Source of the DNA: Gammaproteobacteria bacterium
Lineage (GTDB): Bacteria; Pseudomonadota; Gammaproteobacteria; Magnimaribacterales; D2472
Direction: 5' to 3'
Assembly (NCBI GenBank): GCA_038141865.1
Contig: JAYQIX010000006.1
Coordinates: 147,314 to 211,313, forward strand
DNA length: 64,000 bases
This document shows, one piece after another, positions 23,296 through 33,143 of the stretch (positions within the stretch are counted from its first letter, which is position 1; every line of letters begins with the position of its first letter). The translations under genes and the position numbers were made by a program. The notes below the pieces were generated by a model, which was not told the DNA's origin, searched no databases, and saw only the letters and a list, made by a program, of their open reading frames with translations.

Positions 23296-24069
23296 ATGAG
23301 CTACAAAACATTAGAGCTAATAGAACATGAAAGAGTTTCATTAATAAAACTTAATAGGCCAGAGGTATTGAATGCATTTAATGAAGAATTAATGATAGAT
23401 CTTCACAAGGCCACAAGCAAGGTAAGCAATGACTCTAATTCTAGAGTTGTAATCATTACAGGTGCTGGTAAGGGTTTTTCGGCTGGTGCAGATTTAAATG
23501 ATAGGTCAAAAAGTTGGAATGGATCAAAAGATGCGCTTGAAAGAGGCTTTAAGCCTTTTTTTAAAGACATTATTGAGATGCAAAAGCCAGTAATTGCTTC
23601 TATTAATGGGCCAGCTGCAGGCATTGGAGCTGCTTTAGCTATGGCTTGCGATCTCAGGATAATGTCAAATAATGCATACATTATGTCAGTATTTAGCAAT
23701 ATTGCTCTTGTTCCTGACGGTGGTCTTTCGTGGACACTGCCTAAATATCTTGGTTATTCGAAAGCTTATGAGTATGCAATCGAAGCTAAAAAGATATATT
23801 CAGAAGAATGTCTTAAGTATGGTATCGCAAATAAAGTTGTTAATTCTGAAGATTTAGAAAAAGAGACTTTAGATTGGGCGATTAAAATTTCCAAGAGATC
23901 TCCTCAGTCGTTAATTAATACAAAAAAATTAATGAGAGACTCCATAACTAAAACTTATTGGGAGACTTATAGTCAGGAAGGAGATATTCAAAATGGATTA
24001 ACTGGAAGTAAAGAAAATATTGAAGCTGTTAAAGCCTTCTTTGAAAAAAGAGAGCCTAATTTTGATTAA
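23296..24069 (+). CDS. Enoyl-CoA hydratase/isomerase (crotonase) family protein
   Basis: Typical crotonase N-terminus (ERVSLIKLNRPEVLNAF...GAGKGFSAGADL). The start was chosen at the ATG preceded by AAAGGGG. Substrate is unknown. Confidence 0.85.
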   Translation: MSYKTLELIEHERVSLIKLNRPEVLNAFNEELMIDLHKATSKVSNDSNSRVVIITGAGKGFSAGADLNDRSKSWNGSKDALERGFKPFFKDIIEMQKPVIASINGPAAGIGAALAMACDLRIMSNNAYIMSVFSNIALVPDGGLSWTLPKYLGYSKAYEYAIEAKKIYSEECLKYGIANKVVNSEDLEKETLDWAIKISKRSPQSLINTKKLMRDSITKTYWETYSQEGDIQNGLTGSKENIEAVKAFFEKREPNFD

Positions 24070-25717
24070 GATTTTTGCTAAGGGCAACTATTATTGCTTC
24101 AAACGAGGCCCTGGTTGTATTTGAATGTATACCTACACCCCAACTTGTTCTATCTCCACTTTCAACTTCTATATAGGCAGCAGCTTTTGCATCTGAACCT
24201 GATGAAATAGCAGATTGATTATAATCAGCAATTTTCAAATCAATATCCAGGTTGCTTGATAGAGCATTAATAAATGAATCGATTGGACCATTTCCTTTAC
24301 CTTGAATATCTAATTTCTTATTCTCAACCATCATGCTTATAGATAAGTTATGTTCTTTTCCGTTCGTAGTTGATGAGTGATCAATATATGCAAAACCATT
24401 TTTGGGTTGAAGAAACTCTTTCTCAAAAATTGCCCAAATCTCAGATGTTTTTATTTCTCTTCCAGATTCATCTGCAAGTTTTTGAATTTTTTGACTCATG
24501 CTGATTTGTAATCTTCGGGGTAATGAGACCCCATGATCTTTTTCAAGCAAGAATGCAACCCCACCTTTTCCTGATTGAGAATTAATTCTTACAACTGCCT
24601 CATAACTTCGGCCAAGATCTGCAGGATCAATTGGTAAATATGGAACCTCCCATTCATATTGATTGGATTGTTTCATTGCTTTGAATCCTTTTTTAATTGC
24701 ATCTTGGTGTGATCCAGAGAAAGCAGTAAATACTAGATCACCTGCATATGGATGCCTGGGATGAACAGGAAGTTGATTGCAATATTCAACTTCTCGCATA
24801 ACTGCATTTATATTTGAAAAATCTAGATTTGGGTCAATGCCTTGGGTAAGCATATTCAGGGCTAAGGTAACCAAATCAACATTTCCTGTCCTTTCTCCGT
24901 TACCAAATAAAGTGCCTTCAATTCGATCAGCACCAGCCATTACACCAAACTCTGCAGCTGCTACCGCAGTACCTCTGTCATTATGGGGATGAAGACTTAA
25001 ACATATGCTTTCTCTATTTTTTAAATTTCTATTCATCCACTCAATCTGATCGCCATATATATTTGCAGATGACATCTCTACAGTTGCAGGAAGATTGATA
25101 ATAATTTTATTTTTCGAAACACTTTTAAGAATCTCAACAACCTCATCACAAACCTCAGCTGCATATTCTAATTCTGTTCCAGTAAAGCTCTCTGGAGAGT
25201 ATTCAAAACTCCAATCAGTTTCAGGGTTTGCAAGAGCTAGATTCTTAATTTTATTTGCGCCATCTAAAGCAATTTTTTTAATACCTTCTTTATCTTGATT
25301 AAAAACTACTCTTCTTTGCAGGGTAGATGTTGAGTTATAAAAATGTACTATCGCCCGTTTAGCACCCTTAAGAGATTCAAACGTTCTTTCAATTAATTCA
25401 TTTCTTGATTGAGTTAGAACTTGAATATTTACATCGGATGGTATTTTTTTATCTTCTATAAGACTTCTTACAAAATCAAAATCCGTTTGAGATGCAGATG
25501 GAAAACCAACTTCAATCTCCTTAAATCCGATACTGCATAGTAGTTCAAACATCCTATTTTTTCTTTCGGACCCCATTGGTTCAATAAGAGCTTGATTTCC
25601 GTCTCTGAGATCAACAGAGCACCACAGCGGAGCTTCTTTAATTGTATTTGATGGCCATTTTCGATCATCTAAATTAATCGATTTAAAAGGCTTATATTTC
25701 TTATATGGATTGTCCAT
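24056..25717 (-). CDS. leuA: 2-isopropylmalate synthase, long (~550 aa) LeuA type
   Basis: 553 aa. HMGL-like catalytic domain (WCSVDLRDGNQ, HPHNDRGT) plus a C-terminal LeuA dimerisation/regulatory domain. The 3' end overlaps the convergent crotonase gene by 14 nt. Confidence 0.94.
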   Translation of the reverse strand: MDNPYKKYKPFKSINLDDRKWPSNTIKEAPLWCSVDLRDGNQALIEPMGSERKNRMFELLCSIGFKEIEVGFPSASQTDFDFVRSLIEDKKIPSDVNIQVLTQSRNELIERTFESLKGAKRAIVHFYNSTSTLQRRVVFNQDKEGIKKIALDGANKIKNLALANPETDWSFEYSPESFTGTELEYAAEVCDEVVEILKSVSKNKIIINLPATVEMSSANIYGDQIEWMNRNLKNRESICLSLHPHNDRGTAVAAAEFGVMAGADRIEGTLFGNGERTGNVDLVTLALNMLTQGIDPNLDFSNINAVMREVEYCNQLPVHPRHPYAGDLVFTAFSGSHQDAIKKGFKAMKQSNQYEWEVPYLPIDPADLGRSYEAVVRINSQSGKGGVAFLLEKDHGVSLPRRLQISMSQKIQKLADESGREIKTSEIWAIFEKEFLQPKNGFAYIDHSSTTNGKEHNLSISMMVENKKLDIQGKGNGPIDSFINALSSNLDIDLKIADYNQSAISSGSDAKAAAYIEVESGDRTSWGVGIHSNTTRASFEAIIVALSKNLNQN

Positions 25718-25751
25718 TTTCTTTAAAGTAGATGTTAATATTTATTTATAT

Positions 25752-26186
25752 ATGATTACTGCATCTTTAAAAACTAACCTTATATTAAAAGAGCTTGGTA
25801 TTACAAGATTTTCTTCAAGATCTAGCGCAAATAAATCAATTTTTAATTCAATCTATATTTATAAAATTGATAAAGTGTCTGTTTTTTTAAAAAAAGATTT
25901 TAAAGAATATGACATTGATCAAAAAAAATTAATTTTAGCAATAATGAACTCAACAACTCTTACAAATGGGGGGTCTTCCGGTCAATCTATTTTATTCGAT
26001 AATAAAAATGAGCTAGATGACATCATTGATTCAAGCTCTAAACTAATTATTAATTTCACAAATATTGAAATAAAGATCTCTGCAAAAATACCTATAATAG
26101 ATTCATTTGATATTGATGAGTTAGTATCTAATCCAGAAAATAAGAAGCATCTGTGGAATTCTATTAAGACTTTGCTCAATCTTTGA
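25752..26186 (+). CDS. holD: DNA polymerase III psi subunit (HolD), probable
   Basis: LKELGITRFSSR resembles LQQLGITQWSLRR at the E. coli HolD N-terminus. The gene lies directly upstream of rimI with abutting stop and start, as in the E. coli holD-rimI pair. The rest of the protein is weakly conserved. Confidence 0.6.
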   Translation: MITASLKTNLILKELGITRFSSRSSANKSIFNSIYIYKIDKVSVFLKKDFKEYDIDQKKLILAIMNSTTLTNGGSSGQSILFDNKNELDDIIDSSSKLIINFTNIEIKISAKIPIIDSFDIDELVSNPENKKHLWNSIKTLLNL

Positions 26187-26630
26187 ATGTTCAAAGTTAC
26201 AGCCCTAGCAGAAGAGCATCTACAAGAGTCATATGAAATTGAAAAGCAAACTAATCCAACACCATGGACATACAAAAATTTTAAATCTTCTTTTGAAGTC
26301 GGACATTTTGGCTTAATTTGTCTTCATAAAAAAGAGATAGCAGGATTTGCAATATACTCACCTATAAAACCAGAGGCACATCTCTTAAATATAGCTGTTG
26401 CTGAAAAATTTCAAAAACAAGGTGCAGGAGCTTTGTTGCTTAATTCTATAATTGAACAATGCAAGGTAATGAGTATTTCAGATATTTATCTTGAAGTAAG
26501 AATAAGTAACATCAACGCAATTGTTTTTTATGAGAAGTTTGGTTTCAAGAAGGATGCAATAAGAGAAAACTATTACACTGGGGAGAAAAAAGAAGACGCT
26601 CTTTTGATGTCAAAAACTCTAAGTAAGTAG
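26187..26630 (+). CDS. rimI: Ribosomal-protein-alanine N-acetyltransferase RimI (GNAT)
   Basis: GNAT acetyl-CoA motif (QKQGAGALLL). Size and position after holD support the call. Confidence 0.85.
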   Translation: MFKVTALAEEHLQESYEIEKQTNPTPWTYKNFKSSFEVGHFGLICLHKKEIAGFAIYSPIKPEAHLLNIAVAEKFQKQGAGALLLNSIIEQCKVMSISDIYLEVRISNINAIVFYEKFGFKKDAIRENYYTGEKKEDALLMSKTLSK

Positions 26631-27101
26631 TTTTGCAATCTTTTTCTCAATCTTCTTAGGTTTAGTTGAAGGTAAGTATCTTTTGATCACATCTCCATTA
26701 CCATTTATAAGAAATTTTGCAAAATTCCACTCTATTGGCTTATAGCCCAAGAATCCACGCTTAGAACTTTTTAAGAAGGTATACAAAGGATCTTCATTTG
26801 TACCATTCACATCAATTTTGTTAAAAATAGGGAAGGTTACATTGTACTTTTCAGTACAGAAAAATTTAATTTCATCATTAGTTCCAGGTTCTTGAGCTTT
26901 GAACTGGTTGCATGGAAAGGCAAGTATTTCGAAATTATCATTTTTAAATTTATCATATAAATTTTGCAGGCCTTCATATTGATAAGTCAATCCACAGTAA
27001 CTAGCCACATTCACTATTAATAGAGTCTTACCTTTATAATCTCCAAGGCTAATTTCATTCAGCCCTGCATCTTTCACAGTTATATCATGTATGTTTTTCA
27101 T
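26619..27101 (-). CDS. Glutathione peroxidase family protein (Cys type), copy 1
   Basis: NVASYCGLT, FPCNQF and WNFAKFL motifs. Tandem with copy 2. Confidence 0.93.
   Translation of the reverse strand: MKNIHDITVKDAGLNEISLGDYKGKTLLIVNVASYCGLTYQYEGLQNLYDKFKNDNFEILAFPCNQFKAQEPGTNDEIKFFCTEKYNVTFPIFNKIDVNGTNEDPLYTFLKSSKRGFLGYKPIEWNFAKFLINGNGDVIKRYLPSTKPKKIEKKIAKLLT
26771..26898 (-). repeat. Near-identical nucleotide tract shared with 27261..27388 (within gpx copy 1)
   Basis: Hand alignment gives about 9 mismatches in 128 nt, with perfect runs of up to 38 nt. Flanking parts of the two genes are not alignable at the DNA level. Confidence 0.8.
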
Positions 27102-27111
27102 AGAATTTAAT

Positions 27112-27591
27112 TTATAGAATTGATTGTATATCTGCCACCAGATTAGATGGCTCTACTCTAGGGTCATATCTTTTAAATAGCTCAAGGTTTTTATTAAAAA
27201 GGAATTTTGTGAAATTCCATTCGATATCTTTTACATCAGCACCTTCTGAACTGATATTTTTTAAAAAAGTATATAAAGGATCTTCATTTGGACCATTCAC
27301 ATCAATTTTGTTAAAAATAGGGAAGGTTATATTGAACTTTTCAGTGCAGAAAGATTTAATTTCATCATTAGTTCCAGGCTCTTGAGCTCCAAATTGATTA
27401 CATGGAAAAGCTAGTATTTCTAGCCCTTGAGAATTATATTCGTTATAAAGTTCCTGCAAACCCTCATAATGAAATGTAAGACCACATTCACTAGCAACAT
27501 TCACTATCAGAAGAGTTTTTCCATCATAGATAGAAAGGTCTACATCAACTAAATTAATATCTTTTACAACAAAGTCGGTTATTTTATTCAT
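27112..27591 (-). CDS. Glutathione peroxidase family protein (Cys type), copy 2
   Basis: NVASECGLT, FPCNQF and WNFTKFL motifs. Confidence 0.93.
   Translation of the reverse strand: MNKITDFVVKDINLVDVDLSIYDGKTLLIVNVASECGLTFHYEGLQELYNEYNSQGLEILAFPCNQFGAQEPGTNDEIKSFCTEKFNITFPIFNKIDVNGPNEDPLYTFLKNISSEGADVKDIEWNFTKFLFNKNLELFKRYDPRVEPSNLVADIQSIL
27261..27388 (-). repeat. Near-identical nucleotide tract shared with 26771..26898 (within gpx copy 2)
   Basis: Same alignment as the partner tract. Confidence 0.8.
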
Positions 27592-27727
27592 AGGCTGCCT
27601 TTAATAGAATGAAGATTTTAAGTTATTAATTATAATTTCTCTACTTAATCTCTAATTTTTATATAGTAAGCAAAAAGTTATATCTAAATAGATGTAAGAT
27701 AAATAAATTAGTTTATGGTTGAAATGC

Positions 27728-28192
27728 ATGACAGATACAAAAGAAATTAAACTTTTATGGAAAAAATATATAGATTTATCCAAGGATGAGTTGTATGCAA
27801 TATTGCATTTGCGTCAAAAAGTATTTGTATTAGAGCAAAATTGTCCTTATATAGATGCTGATTATTCAGATCAAGATGCTCTACATTTGTTGGCGTATAG
27901 AGGAAATGATTTGATTGGGTATCTAAGAGCTTTTAGGCCTGGAATAAAATATGAGGGCTCTTCTTTGGGAAGAATAGTAACAGAAATGAACTCTAGAGGT
28001 CTTGGTATTGGCAAAAAGATAACAATTGAGGGAGTGGAGCTTTTAAGAAAAGAATATCCCAAAAATGAAATTATTATCTCAGCACAGCATCGATTAGAGC
28101 ATTTTTATATTGATTTAGGATTTACTTCTAGGGGTGATGTCTATTTAGAAGATGATATTGATCACATCCAGATGTTTATTCCCGGAAGTTAG
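27728..28192 (+). CDS. elaA: ElaA-like GNAT family N-acetyltransferase
   Basis: ELYAILHLRQKVFVLEQNCPYIDADYSDQDALHLL matches the ElaA pattern LRxxVFVVEQNCPYxDxD. A TTG start at 27719 is also possible. Confidence 0.8.
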   Translation: MTDTKEIKLLWKKYIDLSKDELYAILHLRQKVFVLEQNCPYIDADYSDQDALHLLAYRGNDLIGYLRAFRPGIKYEGSSLGRIVTEMNSRGLGIGKKITIEGVELLRKEYPKNEIIISAQHRLEHFYIDLGFTSRGDVYLEDDIDHIQMFIPGS

Positions 28193-28196
28193 ACTA

Positions 28197-30412
28197 CTAA
28201 ATAATTGTTTTACCAAAAAGTAAGCTATGTATCTCTTCGGTTATAAAGGGAGCGAAAGGATGCATCATAACTAGTATTTCTTTCAGCAGCGGCCTAAGAT
28301 TTTTTGTCTCTCCAGTTTTCTTGCATTCTTCAATGTAGACGTCGCAAAATTTTCCCCAAAAAAACTCATATATTTCATTAATAGCATAATCAAGCCTGTA
28401 GTCTGAAATATTCTTAGCAATTTTAACTTTTGTTTTCTCAAAATCTTCTAAAATCTTAGCATCACTATCATTGGCTACCTCAAAAACTTCATTGCTTTCA
28501 GGATAGCCATTAATAAACCTTGCTGCATTCCAAATTTTAGTACAAAAATTTCTATAACCTTTCAATCTTCCTAGCTCAAAACTAATGTCTTTTGTATGTG
28601 TTGCCAATGAATAAAAAGTCATTCTTAGCGCATCTGATCCATATGAATCAATACCATTAGGAAACTGTTTTCTTGTTTTTTTGGCGATTTTCTCAGCTAT
28701 GCTTTCTTGCATAAGATTACTGGTTCTTTTTTCAACAAGATCTTCTTGTGTAATTCCATAAATTAAATCCAATGGATCAATAATATTCCCTTTTGACTTA
28801 GACATCTTTTGACCATTTTCATCTCTTATTAGACCAGTCACATATACATCTTTAAAAGGTATCTGATCAGTAAACTCTAAGCTCATCATCATCATTCTCG
28901 CTACCCAGAAGAAAATAATATCAAAGCCAGTTACTAGAAGAGAGGTAGGGAAATGCTTTTTAAAATCATCAGTTTTTTCAGGCCATCCAAGAGAAGCAAA
29001 AGGCCATAGGCTTGATGAAAACCAAGTATCTAAAACATCTTCATCTTGACGAAGCTCAAGCTCTCCAAGATTGTATTGTTCTCTTACATCAGCCTCATTT
29101 TCACCAACATAGACATTTCCATCGTTGTCATACCAAGCAGGTATTCTATGTCCCCACCAAATCTGTCTGCTAATGCACCAATCTTCAATGTTATTCATCC
29201 AATTAAAGTAGGTTTTATCCCAATTGCTTGGATGAAACTTTATATCTCCATTATTAACTGCATCATTGGCTCTTGCTGCCATTTCAGATGTCTTCACATA
29301 CCATTGATAGCTAAGTTTAGGTTCTATAACTATATTTGATCTTTCTCCACGAGGGACACTTATATCGTGGGGTTCTTCTTTAACTAATAAATTATTATTT
29401 TGTAATTCTTGAATGACTAGTTTTCTTACTTTAAACCTATCAAGGTTAGTAAATGGTTCTGGGACATTTTCATTACTCCAAGCATCATCATTAAAAATAC
29501 TAATTGGAACAAAGTCTTCTTGTTTATCTGAGGTATGAACTGTTCCATCAAGCTCATGTAATGAGTATTTCTTACCAATTTCATAGTCATTAAAATCATG
29601 TCCTGGAGTAATTTTAAGACACCCAGTTCCAAATTCCATATCTACATAATCATCTGCAATAATAGGTATTCTTCTGCCAACAAATGGTAGTTTTACATAT
29701 TTACCAACAATAGATTTATATCTCTCATCATTAGGATTTACCGCTATCGCCATATCTCCAAACATCGTCTCAGGCCTTGTTGTAGCAATCTCAACATATT
29801 CATCTAAACCCTCAATTGGATATTTTATATGCCATAACAAACCTTTTTTTCTTGCCTTACAACTTCTAAATCAGATACAGCAGTCTTTAGTGAAGGATCC
29901 CAATTAACCAGCCTATAGCCTCTGTAAATTTTCTTCTTCTTATGTAAGTCAACAAAGGCCTTTATTACTGCTTTATCAAACCCCTCATCTGCAGTAAATC
30001 GATATTTATTCCAATCTACCGAGCAGCCAAGTCTTTTAATTTGAGAGGTTATCTTTTCTTCAGAAAACTCTTTCCATTTCCAAGTCTCCTCAATAAACTT
30101 CTCTCTACCAAGATCTTTCCTTGAAATACCATCTCTTGCTAAATTATTCTCAACAACCATTTGAGTGGCTATCCCAGCATGGTCTGCACCTACTTGCCAA
30201 TATGAGTCTTTGCCTGACATATGGTTATATCTTGTATAGAAATCCATAATGGCATATTGAAAGCTATGACCCATATGAAGTGTTCCAGTAACATTTGGAG
30301 GTGGTATTACTTGAGCAAAGGATTCATTAGCATCTGAATTATTTATGCTTCTCTCAGACCAAACCTTTGCCCACTTTTCCTCTATTTCAATAGGGTAATA
30401 CTTTTTATCCAT
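28197..30412 (-). CDS. valS: Valine--tRNA ligase, interrupted as assembled by a 1-nt frameshift in an A7 run (plus-strand T7 at 29844-29850), and lacking the C-terminal coiled-coil region
   Basis: The N-terminal ORF carries HMGH and ends ...DLEVVRQEKK. Adding one A restores EKKGLLWHIKYP, comparable to ESKGSMWHIRYP in E. coli. The C-terminal ORF carries the editing domain, KMSKS and the anticodon-binding domain. The stop lies 4 nt from the convergent elaA stop. Confidence 0.93.
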
Positions 30413-30434
30413 AATGGTACTTCGTGCAGAATTT

Positions 30435-31948
30435 CTATAGTTTTTTACTTAACAAAAGCTCACTAATTAGAGGAACAGGTCTACCAGTTCCTTCTTTTAC
30501 AGGGTTGCTATATGAAGCAGTTGCAGCTATATCAATATGAGCCCATTTATAGTCATTAGTAAATTTTGATAAAAATGCTGCAGCATGGATTGTTCCAGCT
30601 TCTCTTCCTCCCCCAATATTAGCCAGATCAGCATAGTCAGTTTTTGTACATGATTGGTGCTCATCCCATAGAGGCAGCTGCCAAGCTCTATCACCAGATT
30701 CTTCTCCAGCAGCAATGATCATATCAGCTAGATGCTGATCATTAGCCATTACTCCACTAGCATGCCTTCCCAGAGCTATTACCACAGCTCCCGTTAGAGT
30801 TGCCATGTCAATAACATATTTAGGTTTATATTTTCCTACATAAGTTAGAGCATCACATATACCAATCTTCCTTCAGCATCTGTATTTAGAATTTCAATTG
30901 TTTGACCAGACATAGATGTTACAACATCACCTGGTTTTGTAGCTTTAGCAGAGCACATATTTTCAGCACAAGCCATAATACCAACCACATTAACATTGGC
31001 ATTTAATCTAGCAAGTGTCGACATTACACCAAAAACAGTAGCTGCTCCACACATATCCCATTTCATCTCATCCATTCCCTGTGGAGGTTTTAATGAAACA
31101 CCTCCTGTATCAAAGGTGATTCCTTTTCCAACTAGAGCAATAGGTTTTTCAGATGCTTTTGCACCTTTATATTCAATTACCATCATTCTTGGAGGTTCAT
31201 CACTTCCTTTAGCAACACTTAAGTATGATCCCATACCCATTTTCGCAAGATCTTTCTCATTGAATGATTTCACTTTTAAATTTGGGAAATCCTTAGTCAT
31301 AGCTTTTACTTTCTTCTCAATAATTTTTGGGGTTGCATGATTGGCCGGAAGATCTCCTAAGTATTTTGCCGTATTTACACCTTCGCCAATAGCAAATCCT
31401 TTTTTCGCAGCTGATTTTGCTTTTCTTAAATCTGAAGGGCTCATATCAGATACAAATAACACTAATTTCTTAAGTGTAGGTTTTTTTACTGTTTTATTTT
31501 TTGTTTCAGTAAATATATATGCATTTGACTCTATTGTTTTTGAAACACTTTCGATCATCCAAAAAGCATCTTTGTTATTTGGATAAGATGAATTCATTAC
31601 AAATGAAATATCTTTAGCTTTTAACTTGTTTGCTTGTTTAGTAATATTTTTAATAGAGCTTAACCATTTATGTATTGGAGTTTTTGCACTCCAAGACTTC
31701 ACTAACAAGATATTCTCAGCATTGATTCCGTTTATGCTTGGCAATGAGATAGATGAGCCTTCATCATTCAAATGTGAAGCTACTGTGCTACTTAAAAAAC
31801 CTTTCGTTGCTTTATCAAGAGCTTTAAAGCTTTTATCTTTTTTTGTATTTTTGTCAATTGTAATAACAAGCATTGAAGTTTTTAACGAAGCTAGATCACT
31901 GCTTGCACTATCTTTTACTGATATATTGTTTAAGATTTTATATGCCAT
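30435..31948 (-). CDS. pepA: Leucyl aminopeptidase PepA (M17), interrupted as assembled by a 1-nt deletion near 30858-30860
   Basis: The N-terminal ORF ends NTDAEGRLVYVML*. Shifting frame gives NTDAEGRLV(L)CDALTYVGKYKPKYVIDMATLTGA, the M17 active-site consensus. Restored length is ~504 aa. Confidence 0.93.
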
Positions 31949-32015
31949 TTAAGCTCTCCTTTTATTAGTATTTGCTGATAAGATAAATATTGTAATGCAT
32001 CATAGTTCTCAAGGC

Positions 32016-33143
32016 ATGTTTAAAAATAATATTCTTTCAAAAAGTTTTAATTTGGAAGTATTTAAATCTAGCATAGCCATACTTAGAATATTCTTTTTAT
32101 TGGTTGTTGGATCAAGGTTTGTTTCATATTTTGAGCAGGCATCAGAGGGTAATTTAGACCCTAGCATTATTTTCTATGCGGTATTTCTGAGGTTTCCAGA
32201 CTTTATATCTTTATTAATACCTTTATCGTTTTTCCTTGGTATTTTGATTACAGTAAGTAGACTTTATGCAGATAGAGAAATTTATGCTTTTTTTTCTACT
32301 GGCATAGCCCCAATCAATTTAGCAAAATTTATTTTTCCTCAGGCATTAATTTTTGCGTTATGTGCATTTTTACTTAGTTTTTATCTTGCGCCATCGGGTA
32401 AGGAAATTTCTAATGATTTATTAAAAATAGATACGTTTGAAGAACAAATTTTATCTTTAGAGCCTGGAGAAATATACACTCTTAAAAATAGCTCTGGTTT
32501 TATAACTTCTGAAAGAAGAGAAGGCTTAAGCTTAAATAACGTCACTTTTTTTAATCAACTTAATGAAGATTCCTTATTAATATCCTCTTCATCCTTAAAT
32601 ATCGAAAAACTTGGTGAAGAATATGATTTGTCTTTTGAAAAAGGAACTATGAATTCTAATTTGTTTTCAAAAGACGACAGGATATTTTCAACCTTTGGAA
32701 TTTTTAATTTTAGAATTAATGAACAAAGTAGCACCACCGGTCAAGTTTTAGGAGAGTATTTTGATAATCAAAATACAACTTTAAGCTCGGAATTTCAGTG
32801 GAGCCTATCTTTTTCAATGGCTATTTTTATATTGATGTTCATGGCGGTTTATTTGGGAAAAGTAGAACCTAGAAAGGGCAGGCTTTCTGTTATTTTACCA
32901 GGAATGTTTATATATATTCTTTACTTTAGTTTGCTTTTGCTTGGGAAAGATTATGTATCCCAAAACATAAATACAAATTTTAATCTTGGCTTGATTCATT
33001 TAGTTTTTGGTCTTTTTGCTTTAGTTTTATTTTTACGAGATAAATACTTTATGCTCATACCCAGCAGAGGCATTTTGAGCTTTCAATCGCTTTTAATAAT
33101 TTTACTCATCTTATACATGATTTTGATGGGGGTTATTTTATAA
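32016..33143 (+). CDS. lptF: LPS export ABC transporter permease LptF
   Basis: Multi-TM YjgP/YjgQ-type protein divergent from pepA, as in E. coli pepA<>lptF-lptG. The start was chosen at the second ATG. Confidence 0.85.
   Translation: MFKNNILSKSFNLEVFKSSIAILRIFFLLVVGSRFVSYFEQASEGNLDPSIIFYAVFLRFPDFISLLIPLSFFLGILITVSRLYADREIYAFFSTGIAPINLAKFIFPQALIFALCAFLLSFYLAPSGKEISNDLLKIDTFEEQILSLEPGEIYTLKNSSGFITSERREGLSLNNVTFFNQLNEDSLLISSSSLNIEKLGEEYDLSFEKGTMNSNLFSKDDRIFSTFGIFNFRINEQSSTTGQVLGEYFDNQNTTLSSEFQWSLSFSMAIFILMFMAVYLGKVEPRKGRLSVILPGMFIYILYFSLLLLGKDYVSQNINTNFNLGLIHLVFGLFALVLFLRDKYFMLIPSRGILSFQSLLIILLILYMILMGVIL

Noticed and set aside
26619-27591. Selenocysteine recoding in the glutathione peroxidases.
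   Set aside because: Both ORFs read straight through the peroxidatic site as Cys (ASYCG and ASECG), with no in-frame TGA and no SECIS-like hairpin.
30996-31952. Three consecutive long plus-strand ORFs (114, 81 and 108 aa) covering almost all of pepA on the opposite strand. Similar antisense ORFs occur inside dapD (38282-38956), dnaJ, dnaE, carB, infB and other genes.
   Set aside because: They lie entirely antisense to strongly conserved genes. Their translations are low-complexity, with no recognisable motifs and no Shine-Dalgarno or start context. They are typical shadow ORFs of the complementary codon frame.
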